From the NCBI GenBank assembly GCA_964016885.1, contig OZ024746.1, positions 14,260,001-14,324,000 of the forward strand: a stretch of 64,000 nucleotides of DNA, in the 5' to 3' direction. The stretch is from Eledone cirrhosa. Taxonomy: Eukaryota. The translations under genes were made by a program, and so were the position numbers. Under the pieces are notes generated by a model. It did not search any database, was not told where the DNA came from, and worked only from the letters and a program-made list of their open reading frames with translations. The stretch's first letter is position 1. Each line of letters opens with the position of its first letter. Of this stretch, positions 26,728 through 40,677 are shown one piece after another.

Positions 26728-28304
26728 TAGAAACATGAAAACATCTCACAACATCGGCATTGCAGCTATGAGCGAGGCTAGTACAAAACACTGTCATCAA
26801 CTAAACATAACAAAATGGAGTAAATAAAACAAATTCAAACGAAGACAAAACGTAGTTGGACAAGAATAGCCATTGAGAATGTCACAGAATGAGTGGCGGC
26901 GAAAGAAAATGTATAATTGTCAAATCTTTTACAACAAACATTCTGTAACCTTCTGAATGACTACTCATGCTCCTCTCAGTCTCATCTTTGCTTAGGTTTT
27001 GTTTTATTTACTGCAGTAATCTTATTCCAATGCCACACGACCAGTGCCCTGATTTCTAAAGATTACGATATAAGATGAAATTATTTGAATATTGTATGGC
27101 AGTCAAGTTGAGTTGGTAATGTCCAGATACTGTGAAACCTTTGGTGGTGTTAACTAGTGCGAATAATTCCCTTATTTTATATGTGAAATCGTTTTACACC
27201 CGGTGTGTTCAGGTCACTGACAAGGTTTTTCGTCACTCATAAGGTTAGTGCCTAGGCCATTGCAAGTGCTAACTCTCTTTAGATTTATCGGAGTATCTAG
27301 AAAACAACAATGGGGAACATAGGTATGAGATATCGATAGATAACACAGAACATGGTGTTTGGCTATGACACAGACACGTGTAGATAACCATATCAGCTAC
27401 TCAAGGGGGATATTTGAAGAACTGAAATCTTCTCTGAGATACACAATTAATTCACTGTGCTGTATAGATTGTAAATTCAATCTATAAATGGTGACGCCTG
27501 AAATGTGCAATTTTGGATCTCTGGGGAGAGAGGTCTCTGAGTTAAATCAATTGTGATTGTATATTGTGTGAAGAAAGGATGATCTAAACATGAATGTTTA
27601 TTTCGATCGCTTTTACTGTAGGTGTCCATTCCAAAATTACAGAGAACTTGTGTTGATGTGTAGGAAGTGTTCTGGCTAACATTTTATGGAGCTGTTAAAG
27701 CTGGTGCTTGTACTTGAATGATTCAACGTATGTTTATATGTTGTTGTCGATCACGTTGCTGATTTCTTTGATATAGTCATTAGTTATTAACTGTTTCTGT
27801 GCGGGAACCTATGTGAAGAAATACTTCTATATACAACCCTTCATCTCTTGTGATTATTAAGTTAAACATTTATTTATGCTGTTTTCGTAGTAGTCAAATA
27901 AAATATTCTAGTTTTTTTTTGTTTTAGACAGTATATCTTATTGCTTGTATGAGCCAATGACATTTTATTACCTTTTGTTTCTATAATATTATCACAGAAT
28001 ACATTGTAGTTAAATCAATAAAGTTCTGAGTTTTCCAATGTGATTCACGTGTCATGAGTAGTTGCAGCAATTCCATTGCCACTCACAAACTAGTGTTTCA
28101 AATATTACAGTGTTTGTAATATTATTTACAAATGTCTCCAAGGATTCTAAAAGATGAACATCTGGATCCAAGTTTCGGCCCTAGTTGGAATCATCATAAA
28201 AATAGAGCAGCGTGAAATGACGTGTCTGGCTCAATGACACAACGCGTCGCTGGAAGTCTAACTCATTTATAACATTGTGGCAGTGATCTGAACAGCCTAA
28301 GCAC

Positions 28305-28335
<31 letters not shown>

Positions 28336-28363
28336 AAAACCACAGACCCTCCATCTCAACTCA

Positions 28364-28401
28364 CCTTTTGAAAAGCAGAAGAACTGCGAAACCGGTAAAG
28401 G
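28364..28401 (+). ncRNA. Decayed hammerhead ribozyme (core CTGANGA mutated to TTGAAAA)
   Basis: cctt-ttgaaaa-gcag aagaa ctgc-GAAA-ccgg-TA-aagg, then AATAAA. All three stems are intact and the motif is flanked by (AT)n. Confidence 0.6.
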
Positions 28402-28532
28402 AACCAAATAAATATATATATTTTTTAAAAAAATAAGACTCCAGTTGCATTTTCGATTTCATCTCTTTTTCTTTATACTTTCACTCGTGTAGGACACCTC
28501 GGTTATTTTTCATTTTGTAAAAAAAACCTCAC

Positions 28533-28643
<111 letters not shown>

Positions 28644-29113
28644 GAAGTTGGAAATAGCACGGGAGATATGTTTTCTTTTTTGATTCGTCAAAAAGAATTT
28701 TTTCTTAATTCCCCTCTACAAAAGTAACTTTAACAGACAAACTGTAAAAACACACACACACAACAACCCCACACATATATACGCACACATATTTATGCAT
28801 ACATATACGCACGCACTCACACGTGTGTACTCTTGTATGTACACCCTCACACTCTCTCTATACATGTGTGGGAGGGGGCTATGTACACATCCCAACCTAC
28901 CACAGTAGTCACCTCCTACAACCCCCCACCCTCTTTTGAACTATTGACCACTAGATTAAACAAAACAGTCACAGCACATTTCCCACACCAACAAAACAAC
29001 TTGGCCTCATTCCGTGCCAACTTTTCAGAAGGCGTGAGGGAAGAAATTTTACTCAAACATTCGTTTTTGATTTTAATTTTAAACCTTTTTTTACTCCCTT
29101 TTTAATTAACTTT

Positions 29114-29156
29114 GAATTTGACAAGATGGATCTTAATACATCGAAACCGGTAATAC
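29114..29156 (+). ncRNA. Decayed hammerhead ribozyme
   Basis: gaat-ttgacaa-gatg...catc-GAAA-ccgg-TA-atac, at the end of a C/A-rich tract similar in composition to a PLE 3' UTR. Confidence 0.45.
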
Positions 29157-29749
29157 CATAAAGTATAAAACTTTATTTAAACCCTATAACACTAAACAGT
29201 AACAATGTCCCCTCATCCTAAACTACAATACTAATACTATGTTTTGCAGAATCATAATTTCTAATGTTTAATACGTAGAAATCGAAAGAAATCAACCTCC
29301 AGAAAAAATGGTAATGTTCCCCGCGGTTAATTGTGGAACAATTTCAACTATATTTATACAAGCGTTGCCTGCATGTTTGTTCAATTTACTATATTAATAT
29401 AATATTCAATAAGAGTGTCACCTTTAAAATTAAAATTAAAATCTTGTTTGTGTGTGTATGTGTGTGCATGTGTATGTGTGTGAGGGGTGTGTGGCTGGGT
29501 GGTTGTTTACAAAAATAAACTTCATTTAATTTCGTGGCCTATGTTTAAGATTATATGTATACATGTGTATAGATCTTTAGCTTTTTATATCTACCACGAA
29601 AATTTCTCATTATCATATATGCATATCAATTTTATACTTTGACATAAATATTCATATTTAATATACTGTGTTATTAGAAGTTGATGAAATTATATATTTC
29701 TTAGTTTCCGACTTATCACTAGTTTAATGGTCTACTTTATTCTCTGGCA

Positions 29750-30360
29750 CTCAGCTGGACAGCGAATGCTTGTGCATCGCTGTCTCCCTGAGGCTCGGCT
29801 TACAGATCAGCGAGCCTCACAAATACCGCTGCGATTCCACTGGATTCTTTCGGCCCCCACCCCCTACTAGCAGGCCGTTATAGTGCTGATTACCTCTCAC
29901 GTCATGCTGCTTTCAACGAGATCATAAAGCATAGCCTGGACGGCGCAAGCTTCCCTTCCCAGTTCGTATCAGCTGGGATGGACAGAGGGATCAAAAAAAG
30001 GCCAGGCGGCATGATAATATTCCCGTTCCGCGGAGGTATCCCCTTATCTGAAATGCTACATGCTTTAACATGTAGCATCATGTTGCTGCATGTTGTGACA
30101 TCTAACGGCAATCTGGTGCATTCAGCTACCATCTCCGGCTTCATTGCTTCTTAAGGTATCGGCCGCTCTCTGATAGGTTTGTAGGTGAGCCTGTGGCAGC
30201 GGAGACTTCCAGGATTCTTGGCTCCCAGACCACATCCCTGCTCATTGATCGCTGCTGTCGGAGGAGAGTTGGTTGGTCGTAAGTGCGAGCCCCGTGAAGT
30301 CGAGTGGCTCATCCACTGTGCCTCTCTCACCGTCCTCCGGGATTGTCCTCCGGGATTGCC
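29750..30360 (+). mobile_element. Decayed CRE-type (RLE-encoding) non-LTR retrotransposon C-terminus
   Basis: Broken frames give QLDSECLCIAVSLRLGL..EPHK, RHAAFNEIIKHSL, DRG..KRP.G.IIFPF, PVAAETS and EPREVEWL. This is the zinc-knuckle / RH / RPD / E layout of restriction-like endonucleases. Confidence 0.7.
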
Positions 30361-30626
30361 TTCTCCATTATGTCAGCCGGGACCATGAGGCGGACTGATT
30401 CTCTTTTATGGTGGTGGTATGTGGATTAGATTTACTTCCATGTGCATGAATAGTAAGAAGGTGAAAGCATTTAAACACACAAATAAATAAACATATTTGT
30501 TACTATGTAATTATTGAATTATAATTGGCAATGTAAATTAATTGCTTTGGCATGTCACTCATTAGCAACCTGATTTGATCATAATCAGAACTGTATCTAT
30601 TTGCACGAATGTAATCTAGAATCAAA

Positions 30627-30762
30627 GGCGGCGAATGGCAGAATCGTTACAACGTCCCATTCGTTCTAGCTTTCTGAGTTCAAATCCCACTGAGATCCAC
30701 TTTACCTTTTATCCGTTCGAGGTCGTTAAAAAAGTACCCATCTAGTCCTGGGGTCGATTTAT
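30627..30762 (+). mobile_element. Diverged tRNA-SINE
   Basis: GGCGGCGAATGGCAGAATCG head, GAGTTCAAATCC B box and a degenerate core. Confidence 0.75.
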
Positions 30763-31046
30763 CCTCTATATCTCCTTCTCATTTCCTCTCTCTCTCACTT
30801 TCTGTCCTTCTCTGGAAGAAATCTGCTGTACTCAGGCCTGGAGAGGGATGGGCTTTGCCAGGCTTAAAAATAAGGTTAATACCTCTACCCCAGGAAGAGA
30901 AAAAAACGAGAAAACTAACTACGTTATTGTTATTTCGAATATCGTTGTGATATTTTCAGTTTCTCCAAAGTAGACAAAATCAATTACCTTGACGCGAACT
31001 GCCATATAATTGATATTAGTTTCATTCCAAATTGGTAAATATGAAA

Positions 31047-31235
31047 ATAATTGTTTCTACTTTTGGCACAAGGCCAGCAATTACGCAGTACATTACTGGT
31101 ACTTTATTTTATCGACCCCGTAAGGATGAAAGACAAAGTTAACTTCGGCGGGATTTGAACTCAGACCGTAAAGGGACGTAACTATGCTGAAAAGCATGGC
31201 GTCCGACCCTCTACCGATACTGCCAATTCACCGCC
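31047..31235 (-). mobile_element. Full-length tRNA-SINE
   Basis: Complete head-to-tail match to the copies at 4427-4601 and 18423-18608. Confidence 0.9.
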
Positions 31236-31849
31236 CCTTCTTGCTGAATACATTTAATTTCTCATTATTAATATTAATTTCCAATTGTCATCTGCTATAG
31301 TGACATCATTTTTACAAAGTTCAACAGGCCATCGCAGTTGAAAGTTAGTAATTAGGTGGTAGTTGTCTGATAGTTGTAATAATTCTGTTAGTATTTTTCT
31401 ACCCCACCTACATTCCCATCTTTCACTGGCTTTTTTCTACTTTTCAAAATATTTTATTCTCATTAGCAGCTTCGAAATTTTGTATACGAGGTCTGTTTTC
31501 ATTACTGCACTACTTTTGCTTATTTAATCTATAATTTTCTCTATAAAGTAACCACTTTGTTTGCTTATGTATTTGCTGTTAGTGATCTTATTCATGTTAT
31601 CCTTCGTTTCTTTTATGCTGGTTACATTTTAAGATTATTGACATTGATTATTCAGCCTTTTAGTTTTTCCTTTTCTACAGAGCTCTTTATTACATTGTTG
31701 TATCTATTTTTGTCTTTTTTCTTATACATCTTTTTTTCCAATGTTTGTAGGATTTCATTAGTCATCTATTTTCTTTTTTCTTTTCTCTTTTAGAGTGTGT
31801 TTTCTTTAGTAGGTAAATAAGAAGGTTTTGTACTTCATTTTCTTACGTG

Positions 31850-31921
<72 letters not shown>

Positions 31922-32201
31922 TATGGTTCTTACATTTCTTCATTGTGTAAATATTCTTACTTATTTCGTATTCCAACACTGTATTTCTGTTTGTATACTG
32001 TCTGCTTTAGAAGGTTTATGTTTAATTGTTCTTGTATGTTAGCCATTTTATTCTCTTAAGTTTACTTTGTAATTTAATTATCCCTGGATCATGGTTAGAG
32101 TTTACACAGTTTTAAAACCGTTGCCTTTTACGTATTTACTGAACCTAATTACTTGTTCATGAATATCACGGTTACAATATCATTGGTCTTCCAAACTAAA
32201 C

Positions 32202-32390
32202 TAATAATTGTTTCTACTTTTGGCACAAGGCCAACAATTATCCCAGTGCATTACTGGCACTTTATTTTATCGACCCCGTAAGGATGAAAGGCAAAGTTAA
32301 CCTCGGCGGGATTTGAACTCAAACCATAAAGGGCCATAGCTCTTTGCTAGAAAGCATGGCGTCCGACCCTCTACCGATACTGCCAATCCA
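32202..32390 (-). mobile_element. Near full-length tRNA-SINE
   Basis: Same family core, A/B boxes and tail. Confidence 0.9.
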
Positions 32391-32466
32391 CATTCTTAAA
32401 CTTAAGAGAATAAAATGGCTAACATACAAGAACAATTAAACATAAACCTTCTAAAGCAGACAGTAT

Positions 32467-32675
32467 ACAAACAGAAACTAATAATTGTTTCTACGTTAGG
32501 CAAAACAAACAGAAACTAATAATTGTTTCTACGTTAGGCACAACAAACAGAAACTAATAATTGTTTCTACGTTAGGCACAACAAACAGAAACTAATAATT
32601 GTTTCTACGTTAGGCACAACAAACAGAAACTAATAATTGTTTCTACGTTAGGCAAAACAAACAGAAACTAATAAT
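32467..32675. repeat. 38-bp chimeric minisatellite, ~5 copies
   Basis: Unit aacaaacagaaactaataattgtttctacgttaggca(c/a) consists of local flank sequence plus the SINE tail. Confidence 0.9.
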
Positions 32676-35174
32676 GGAATATAATATGGCCAAATCTAAA
32701 ATAAAAAGCCTAGATAAAGAGTTCTTATACTCTGGTATTTTCTTATTATAAAATTCTTTGTGGACCTGTAGTCACGCGTGGATAACTAAACGTACTATGA
32801 TATTTGTAAAAGCTGATGGTTTTCTACCATAATAATTGACATTTTGAGAAATGTAATTGATTATGACCGTCTAACCAAGGGTAAGAGGATTCAAAGCAAT
32901 CCTGAAAAGGTTAGAATATTTTCTATATTCATACTTTACTTAAAATTATTTCGATATATTTTAGAGTATATTGAAGCGAAATTATATAAGCAGCATTTTA
33001 ATTTAAGTATGTGTTGAACTGGTGAAACTATAGAATCAACTATTAATAGGATAACTAATTTTCTGCCGTCATTTGAATACATATTTTCATGTTATTGCAA
33101 AATCAGGAGAAACAGCAGACGATAAAAACGTTTTTTTGTTACTTGAAATATTGGCCATAGCAATATCTTCAAACTCGAATAAATATACTCTACATGTATC
33201 ACATGTATGGAATGCTATTCACATCTATTTACCCAAATGTATATCGTAATATCTAGCAAGGGATAAGAGAGCTATATATACTGTACAAAAGCTATATGAA
33301 TTGCATAATAACGATTTTACACATCACATATTACCTACAGTTAGATTTCCTATTTAAAAGGGTTAATTTATATGGGTAATATATCTCCACGGATGAGTAG
33401 TCATTAGGCTATTCACGTTTTCATATGGCATTTATGAAGGAATGGAAGAGAGAATAAGATCTCATGCGAGATTTACATAAAATATTTTGTGGATAAATAA
33501 AGATAAATAGAAAACTCAGAGAGAACAAGTTCTGTTTCATGCTTTTATAAGCAATTTATCCAGATGTTTTTGTATGCTAATATCACAGAAGATGAAGAAG
33601 TATGGATAAATATTCTTTCAACCTTGAAATAATGTGTAAAATGCATCTTGAAGCGCTTTCACGACTGACTTTACACAGCACGAACCTATAAATATACGAT
33701 CTACGCTTATTGCAGTATTATTGATATAAGCTGTCTTGGGCAACAAAGCCCAATAAGATATATTAATCTTTGTTGAAAATTCCGTGTGAGGTTTTGATTA
33801 TCCAACTGTTTAGCGTCAAGGGATTACTTGAGTAACTCATCTACGTCTACACAGATTGCATTAAGATTAACAAACGTCAAGTTTTGTGTAACTATCAGCT
33901 GGCGGAATATTTATTCCAATATCGCCACATCCGACTTACATTTCATTGATGCTCTAATGCACCATATATTATCAATTATCACTCTGTCACTCCTCCTTTT
34001 AAAACGTCAGACCATTTCTCTCAGTAAGTGTTTATGTGTAGAAAAGATAATTCACTTTTCAGAGATCGGAAGCCTAACTGATAGCATTATATATATTTCT
34101 CTTCGTGATTTTGATGAATATTCTGTGGAATGATATATCATACGAGTTCTAGAATATAATTCTACTGTCTATAACATTGTTGTATGTTCATATTTTTCTG
34201 TTACATATTTATATCTATCTAGGTGGATGTGGATTCAAACGCATTTAGTGTTTATTAAAATAAACTGTAGACAGTAATGATTATCGCCAAAAACCTACTA
34301 CCACTGTACCTCTGTTGTATAAATATATCGTTGCTGTACTAGTTCCAAGTAACACCATTAATGTATATAATTTTATGAGATAAATTATTGCTTGAATAAT
34401 TTTAAATTTCCTGGTACTGTCTGTTTCGTTGTTCTGCATAAATAAATAAAACCAAAGACGAAAGATGCAGTTAATAGTCCAGAAAATATACATTATAATA
34501 CTAGTGTCGTATACAATGGAACTCTATTGAAAATGGAACTCTATACAATGGAACTCTATTGAAAATACTTATAGCTTGTGACAAAGAAATCAAAGTGATT
34601 TGGCTTTTAGAATCTTGTTATTATTGTCTATGTTGTGTGACAAAAGAAAGAAGTAATAAAAGAATTTAAAATGGATTTCGTTTGATACTATTTAGAAAAG
34701 AAAATAGGAGTACGTCTACACCAGAAAGTGAGAATAATACACAAACACTTATACGGATATTTCTGAGATATATCATTGCAACAGATATTAAATGTTATAA
34801 AAGGTGCCACTGAGGGCAATAGTGATCGATAGGAGTTTCATTTAGTTGTTTAATTACCTGATTGATAACAGAACCGAAGTAAAACTCAATTGACGCATGT
34901 GTGTGTGTGTTTTGTCTGGCAACACAACGCTCCGAAAATACAACAATATTTGTTTTAACACACGATTTCACATCAAAACTCTTGCAATATAAATACAAGA
35001 AAAAACGGTATTTACGAAGAAATTAATTTGATACAAATGAAGCTGTCAAAACATTAAGATACCATAGAGTACATTGATATACCTAAGTTTTTATTAATAT
35101 TGAGTGTCGTATAATAACAATATCGATGGTTTAATGTCATTATTGTCTCAGTGCTCTCTTTGTAGGGTCAGTTA

Positions 35175-35626
35175 ATGATATAAACACTTCATTAAATTTG
35201 AAATTTGCACAAGACTAAATTATTAAACAGAGAGAAACTGACGCAAGATACCCAGTGCCAATAAATAGTGTGTGGGTGGGTCATGATCTTCAGTGCATGA
35301 ATACGATCCCTAAAATAGCCAGGAAATTCTCTACACAATAGGCTCTCCCCGAGGCAATGCATTTAATTAGTTCCAACACCGCATTCTTTAGCACAAAATT
35401 TCGTTATCACATCAATGAAAATAACAGTATTTAGGGACAATTCGTCCTGAAATATCAATCAACACCAACATGATCCCTTTAAACATTACAACAATACAAA
35501 TAATCAATAATACCATTTTAGGCATATAAAAAAATAATGTAATAATTGTTTTCTACTTTTTGTTTTTAATAATAATAATAGTACACAATAATGAAATAAT
35601 GAATTACAATATATATATATATATAT

Positions 35627-35657
<31 letters not shown>

Positions 35658-35677
35658 TATCTACATCTATATCTATA

Positions 35678-35713
<36 letters not shown>

Positions 35714-36375
35714 TATATACATATATATATACATATATATATACATATATATATATATACATATACATATATATATATGTTGTAATTCATTATTGTGTGA
35801 TTGGCAGTATCGGTAGAGGGTCGGGCGCCATGCTTTGAAGCATATAGTTACCTCCCTTTATGATCTGAGTTCAAATCCCGCCGAGGTTAACTTTACCTTT
35901 CATCCTTACGGGGTCGATAAAATAAAGCACCAGTAATGCACTGGATAATTGCTGGCCTGGTGCCAAAAGTAGAAACAATTATTAAAAACAAAAAGTAGAA
36001 ACAATTATTACATTATTTTTTTATATGCATAAAATGGTATTATTGATTATTTGTATTGTTGTAATGTTTAAAGGGATCATGTTGGTGTTGATTGATATTT
36101 CAGGACGAATTGTCCCTAAATACTGTTATTTTCATTGATGTGATAACGAAATTTTGTGCTAAAGAATGCGGTGTTGGAACTAATTAAATGCATTGCTTCG
36201 GGGAGAGCCTATTGTGTAGAGAATTTCCTGGCTATTTTAGGGATCGTAATCATGCACTGAAGATCATGACCCACCCACACAGTATTTATTGGCACTGGGT
36301 ATCTTGCGTCAGTTTCTCTCTGTTTAATAATTTAGTCTAGTGCAAATTTCAAATTTAATGAAGTATTTATATCAT
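35175..36375. repeat. ~400-bp near-identical inverted duplication enclosing a microsatellite and a SINE
   Basis: 35175-35573 is the reverse complement of 35978-36375 with only a handful of mismatches. Confidence 0.9.
35800..35982 (+). mobile_element. tRNA-SINE inside the inverted duplication
   Basis: TTGGCAGTATCGG A box, GAGTTCAAATCC B box, core and tail. Confidence 0.9.
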
Positions 36376-36449
36376 ATATATATATATAAGAAAATGAGGT
36401 TTTTTTAAATAAGACTCCAGATGCATTTTCGATTTCATCTTTTTTTCTT

Positions 36450-36562
<113 letters not shown>

Positions 36563-37461
36563 TAAATTTAAAAAAAAAACTACACAACCATTTCAAATAT
36601 CATTCTTTCTGTCTGTCTCTGTCTCTCCTCCCACACACACACTCTCTCTCTCTCTCTCCCTTGCGAAAATATAAATTCTAGCGGACATTAAGATAAAATA
36701 TTTAAGGCGTTATAACATGATAAATAAAAATAATAATTTATAAAATGGAAGAATTAATAATTAGATTTAAAAAGTAGAATGAATAATCATAAAGTAATAA
36801 TAGAAAGACCATACAGTTTTTTATGTTAGTTTGGCAGAGTCTTCATATTAATTAAAGGGTGCTGAATACAGAAATTACTTTAATTGAAAGGGTCACAAGA
36901 TACAATACGGTACGGTCAAACACTAACAGGTTTTTAAATTATCACATTGAAGTTTTAATTGCATTGCGACAAGACAAATCGAATTATTTGAAGCAGTCCC
37001 TATTGACTAAATGATGCGAGAAATGAATTCTTCGCATCAGAGAGAACTCTTTGTTATATTAGATGGAAACACAATGAATATTATTTAGACCGTGTGTTGG
37101 CCACCTACAAAAATTAAAAAAAACACGAATACAAAAGGTAAAAGAGATATCTTAGCCAGACCGTGGCGGTTTGATGCACCATCGGTTGTGAAGTTGCAAG
37201 CTGAAAGTGCACCAAACAGCACTTTGAACTGACTGCAGAGTCATCAGTAGACTTCCGTTTGATAAACTGAATACTTCGAACTGGATACTAAGAGACTGCT
37301 TTCCACTGTAGTAGTTCAGCGGTTCTGTCGTATTACACAGCCTTAAAAGAGGAAGGCAACTAGCCTTATCGAAGGGGTAATTCGTAGTGTGAATATAACA
37401 AAGAGATACTCACTCAAACCTCTAGAGCTCTCGATCTAGTTTTCATAAATAGATAAAAACT

Positions 37462-37506
<45 letters not shown>

Positions 37507-37531
37507 CTCACCCGTCGGGGTCTTACTTGTT

Positions 37532-37585
<54 letters not shown>

Positions 37586-37601
37586 TTATATATATATGTA
37601 C

Positions 37602-37662
<61 letters not shown>

Positions 37663-37782
37663 TTCTTGATTTATTCTTTTAAATTGAGTAGTTAGTATTT
37701 TTTTCACCTTACCGATCCTGGTCCCATACGATTTGAACACATATCTCTATATATCTGTGTTTATTTCTCTTTTATATTCAAT

Positions 37783-37841
<59 letters not shown>

Positions 37842-38752
37842 TTTTGTTACTCCGGAGTTTTGCTTGTTATTCAGGATGTCATCTGATGAGATGACCTGTG
37901 TTAAACGGACGAAACTCACTAGCCTTAGCAAAATGAATATTATCTCTACTTCGGTATTGAATACTCTTTTCTCACAGCTGGTGATTTGGTGATTTTCGGT
38001 TGGATGTAGTGCTGAATGATATGAGACTTAAAAGTTTGGTTTTCTTTCAGGGAAAGATTTTTATGGCAAGCTCTTCGAATTCCTTGTTTGAAACCGTATC
38101 GAAAACAATCGACAAATTCCAGCCGACTGATCCTGTATCCGCTAGATTTTAAACAACTTCCAACTCAGTTACACATGTCAATCGTGTTCATGAATATTAT
38201 GAACTGGGGAGGTGACTCATGCTTGGCGCTGTCAGAAACCCATATTGAATGGTTTCGACATTTATCCGAATACAAATACTAAGGCGTTCATATAGAGACA
38301 TCAGGGCAACAAGCACATGGCACATAAATTGTTAATTCAAATCTGTTGAATTATCAAAATTATTATCAATAATATTATTTCAGCATCGATTCCGGAGATA
38401 TATTTAACGAATTCATTTCGAATAAATTTACGCCATTTCAGAATTGATTATAAAAGCTTCTAAATATTACAGATATTTATTTCCAACTTTAATATTTAAT
38501 AGCAATTTCCCTTTAATTTCCCTTTAATTTGAATATTTGTATTGCCGTAAGCATTTACAGCCGTTAGTGGGAAACTATTCCATATTTAGACTCTGGAACC
38601 ACATTACTGAGACTCCAGCTTTTACTCGGCTTCTTTATGTGTATAATTCAAAGTCGACCGGAAAACACAGTTCTACTTTCCTTTCGGTTAATTTACCTCA
38701 CACACTAGTCATTCATTTAATGAAATTTAAGCAAACTGACAATTACAGTTGC

Positions 38753-38893
38753 AGCATAGTTACGTCCCTTTACGGTCTGAGTTCAAACCCCGCCGAGGTT
38801 GACTTTGCCTTTCATCCTTACGGGGTCGATAAAATAAAGTACCAGTAATGTACTGGGTAATTGCTGGCCTTGTGCGAAAAGTAGAAACAATTA
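38753..38893 (+). mobile_element. 5'-truncated tRNA-SINE
   Basis: Family B box, core and tail. Confidence 0.9.
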
Positions 38894-40613
38894 TAAATTA
38901 TTCAAGGTAGGAGAATGTCTGAAAGAGAGAAATTGGAAGAAGAGAGAAAGGAGGGAGAGAGAGACTGAGAGAGGGAGGGGGATCAAGATCCTATAATTGC
39001 TGCAGCTAGTTGTTTATGATATGAAATTGGCAGCATGCACAACAGATTACGAACTCATGAGTCTTCAGTAAAAAAGATAAATCTATATTTGTACAACAAT
39101 TACAAATTCTTACAATGTATGTTATATCCGTTCATGTTACATAGTAGAAAGAAGGATTACGTGTATAAATGTGACATAAAAGCTGTTATATGAATCTTAT
39201 TTAAAAGTAATATTTAAAAAAAAGTAGTAATGGCTTTTCATATATTTTCACAAACAATCGTAAGATTGAATAAAAAGCATTTTCTATTATATAGTAGTGC
39301 AAGTAAAATTATGTCTTGGAATATCAATAGATCCTGTATACAGCTACTTCGTATCCAATACAACTTTCGTAAAAGGTGAAAGCCATAAATATCTTTATTC
39401 TAAAGATATCGCATTCTTTTATGATTCGAAAGCTTACAACGAATGGATATGTTTCTTTAAAGAAATATATTTCGATTGTCCAACTATACTGATTATGTAT
39501 ATTTCGTGAGCCTACTTTCCAAAAAGAAATCTTTCGAGAAAATAATAAGATTCACAATATTTACTTTGATATAAGTATAATCAAATAATTTTTATACATC
39601 TTGCCTTTGAATGGCAGGATTTGATAAAAGCCGTTCTCAAGTAATACGTGATAGAAATATAAGCCAATTATAAATGGTATACTGAAACAATATCTTTTTC
39701 AAGTAAGAGATTTTTCTTCAAACAAGGAGAAATTTTCTGAGAAATATGCTTGTGAGCTTTTAAATATTTTGTATGGAATATATTTGTGTATACCCACTGT
39801 TATCACTTAAGAGAAGCATATTTATCACAAAGTGGATAGAATCAGTATTTGTTGTTTAAATATTTGGTTCGTTTACCATTTATCCTGCCACTGAATTATT
39901 TGTTAATGGAATTTTAATACTAGCTTATAAAGCTGGGATTTTTAAAGTTTTATATATATGCAAGCTTGTATTTCTAGGAATTCAGTAACGAAATCATTTA
40001 TATTAAATAACAAAAGGTATACTACTATTCTTATATTCTACTAATATTCTAATACTGTTAAACAATGTATTGACGATCAGAATTTTCACTGTAACACAGC
40101 TTTAAGCAAAATCAATCTCACTATGAACAATGGAATATGAGGTTTCTACCTTTGTAAAGTTTGTATTTCTTTTTCTCTTTTGATACTTTGATATATATGT
40201 ATATATATCATATTGTTCATATTTCATATTGCGCCATGTTTCTAAAAGCTGGAAAATTCCGACAACGTTTTGAAATGGCACTCTCGGTCATTATAACTCC
40301 GAGTTATTGTAATGGGCACATATTACATTTAATATATATATCTTTATTTTACTGTTAGATGGGGCATGCTAACGATTATTAAATTTAATTAGATATATTA
40401 ACTGATCTGTATAGTTGAAGAAACTGAAATATTTGTAAATTTTCTTTAACTTAATTGCATTTTACAATCCGGACACAAATTCTGAAGTCACACAGCAATT
40501 TTAATTTTTTATATTAAATTATGTGGCTCGTATGTTTAAGAAAGAATTGAAAATAGTGTAACAATAAAGAAAATGGAATTTCATGTATGATACATGTCTC
40601 TTTATATAAACAT

Positions 40614-40677
<64 letters not shown>

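Noticed and set aside
37878-37940. CTGATGA...cggacGAAA next to (AT)n
   Set aside because: Stems I and III cannot be paired convincingly. At best it is a badly decayed HHR.
38051-38282. Possible host exon after a ttttctttcag acceptor
   Set aside because: No recognisable protein in any frame and no supporting neighbouring exons.
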